A stretch of 63,765 bases of DNA, the filler included, from Neoconidiobolus thromboides FSU 785 (Eukaryota > Fungi > Entomophthoromycota): the NCBI GenBank assembly GCA_025603075.1. It is 4 parts of 4 records of this genome, joined end to end, with 100 filler letters (N's around TTAATTAATTAA, not from the genome) between each part and the next. Parts side by side here need not be neighbours in the genome. Positions count along the whole stretch, not along the records: positions 57,129 to 63,765 come from MU626725.1; 3 more parts are not named here. The stretch is one strand, 5' to 3'. Position 1 is the stretch's first letter, and each line of letters starts with the position of its first letter. Shown here one piece after another: positions 63,449 to 63,765 of the stretch. Under the pieces are notes generated by a model. The model was not told the DNA's origin. It saw only the letters and a list, made by a program, of their open reading frames with translations, and did not search any database. The translations under genes were made by a program, and so were the position numbers.

Positions 63449-63574
63449 CTAAGGCCAGTGACCACGGGTTTCAAAACCATAGGCTTTATTAGCAGCTGGT
63501 TGGTTGTTGACCGGAACTGAAGTGATTGAGGACATAATGTAAACAGTGTAAGCGATGAGTAAAGTAACTTGCAT
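63449..63574 (-). CDS. 41-aa secreted peptide precursor, copy 2: MQVTLLIAYTVYIMSSITSVPVNNQPAANKAYGFETRGHWP
   Basis: Homology with copy 1 begins at AAA-ATG 63574, so the start is there rather than at the ORF-track 63634. TATA-like TATATA lies about 65 bp upstream. Confidence 0.8.
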   Translation of the reverse strand: MQVTLLIAYTVYIMSSITSVPVNNQPAANKAYGFETRGHWP

Positions 63575-63765
63575 TTTATCTATAAGTAATTTGTATCTAA
63601 GGTAATTTGAATTAATTGAATGGTAAAGTACCACTATATATACTCCTTGATTACAATATATAATTGTGAGTAAATATTGATTTGGTTTTATGGTATATAT
63701 CTCAAATTAAGTTCAATAATTAGCCTCGTTTGTAACTTAATTTACATTAACAACACATGGTAGAT

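Noticed and set aside
61225-63574. HWP peptides as mimics of GnRH, alpha-factor, insect AKH or MIP
   Set aside because: Only an HW or W is shared. There is no amidation Gly, pGlu spacing or W-x6-W pattern, so no specific mimicry can be supported.
63575-63634. 20-aa N-terminal extension given by the ORF track for peptide gene 2
   Set aside because: Similarity to copy 1 starts at AAA-ATG 63574, and the extension would bury the signal peptide.

Overview
AT-rich, eukaryotic, fungal-type genomic DNA with short GT-AG introns and four assembly gaps. The gene families present (Zn2Cys6/Fungal_trans and Gti1/Pac2 factors, a Num1-like dynein anchor, an FGD-like RhoGEF, secreted tyrosinase, intronless Kelch and GPCR-like membrane proteins) suggest an early-diverging fungus, possibly Conidiobolus-like; this assignment is inference only. 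The left 25 kb is a dense block of conserved genes: MEF2-type MADS factor, SUV3, ASH2/BRE2-like, DOPA dioxygenase, double amidohydrolase, GPN1, a J-domain membrane protein and NUM1-like. That block is bracketed by an inverted, near-identical pair of alcohol dehydrogenase 3' halves. The 25-37 kb interval holds ELP3 among secreted or surface genes: a Thr-rich mucin, a PKYP-repeat extensin-like protein, a protease inhibitor, a GPI protein and a tyrosinase. The right part is accessory-like, with transcription factors, a CAP-Gly protein, Kelch membrane proteins, a frameshifted GPCR-like gene and eroded retroelement-like relics. A ~105-bp foldback MITE-like element occurs in 13 near-full copies plus 2 derivatives. 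The top candidate for novel biology is a tandem pair of 41-aa secreted peptide precursor genes, one absent from the ORF track. They have a conserved leader, a variable 10-aa core and an invariant C-terminal HWP, and lie 1.4 kb from the GPCR-like gene. I recognised no rRNA, tRNA or CRISPR array. All calls come from reading the sequence by eye; no database search was run.
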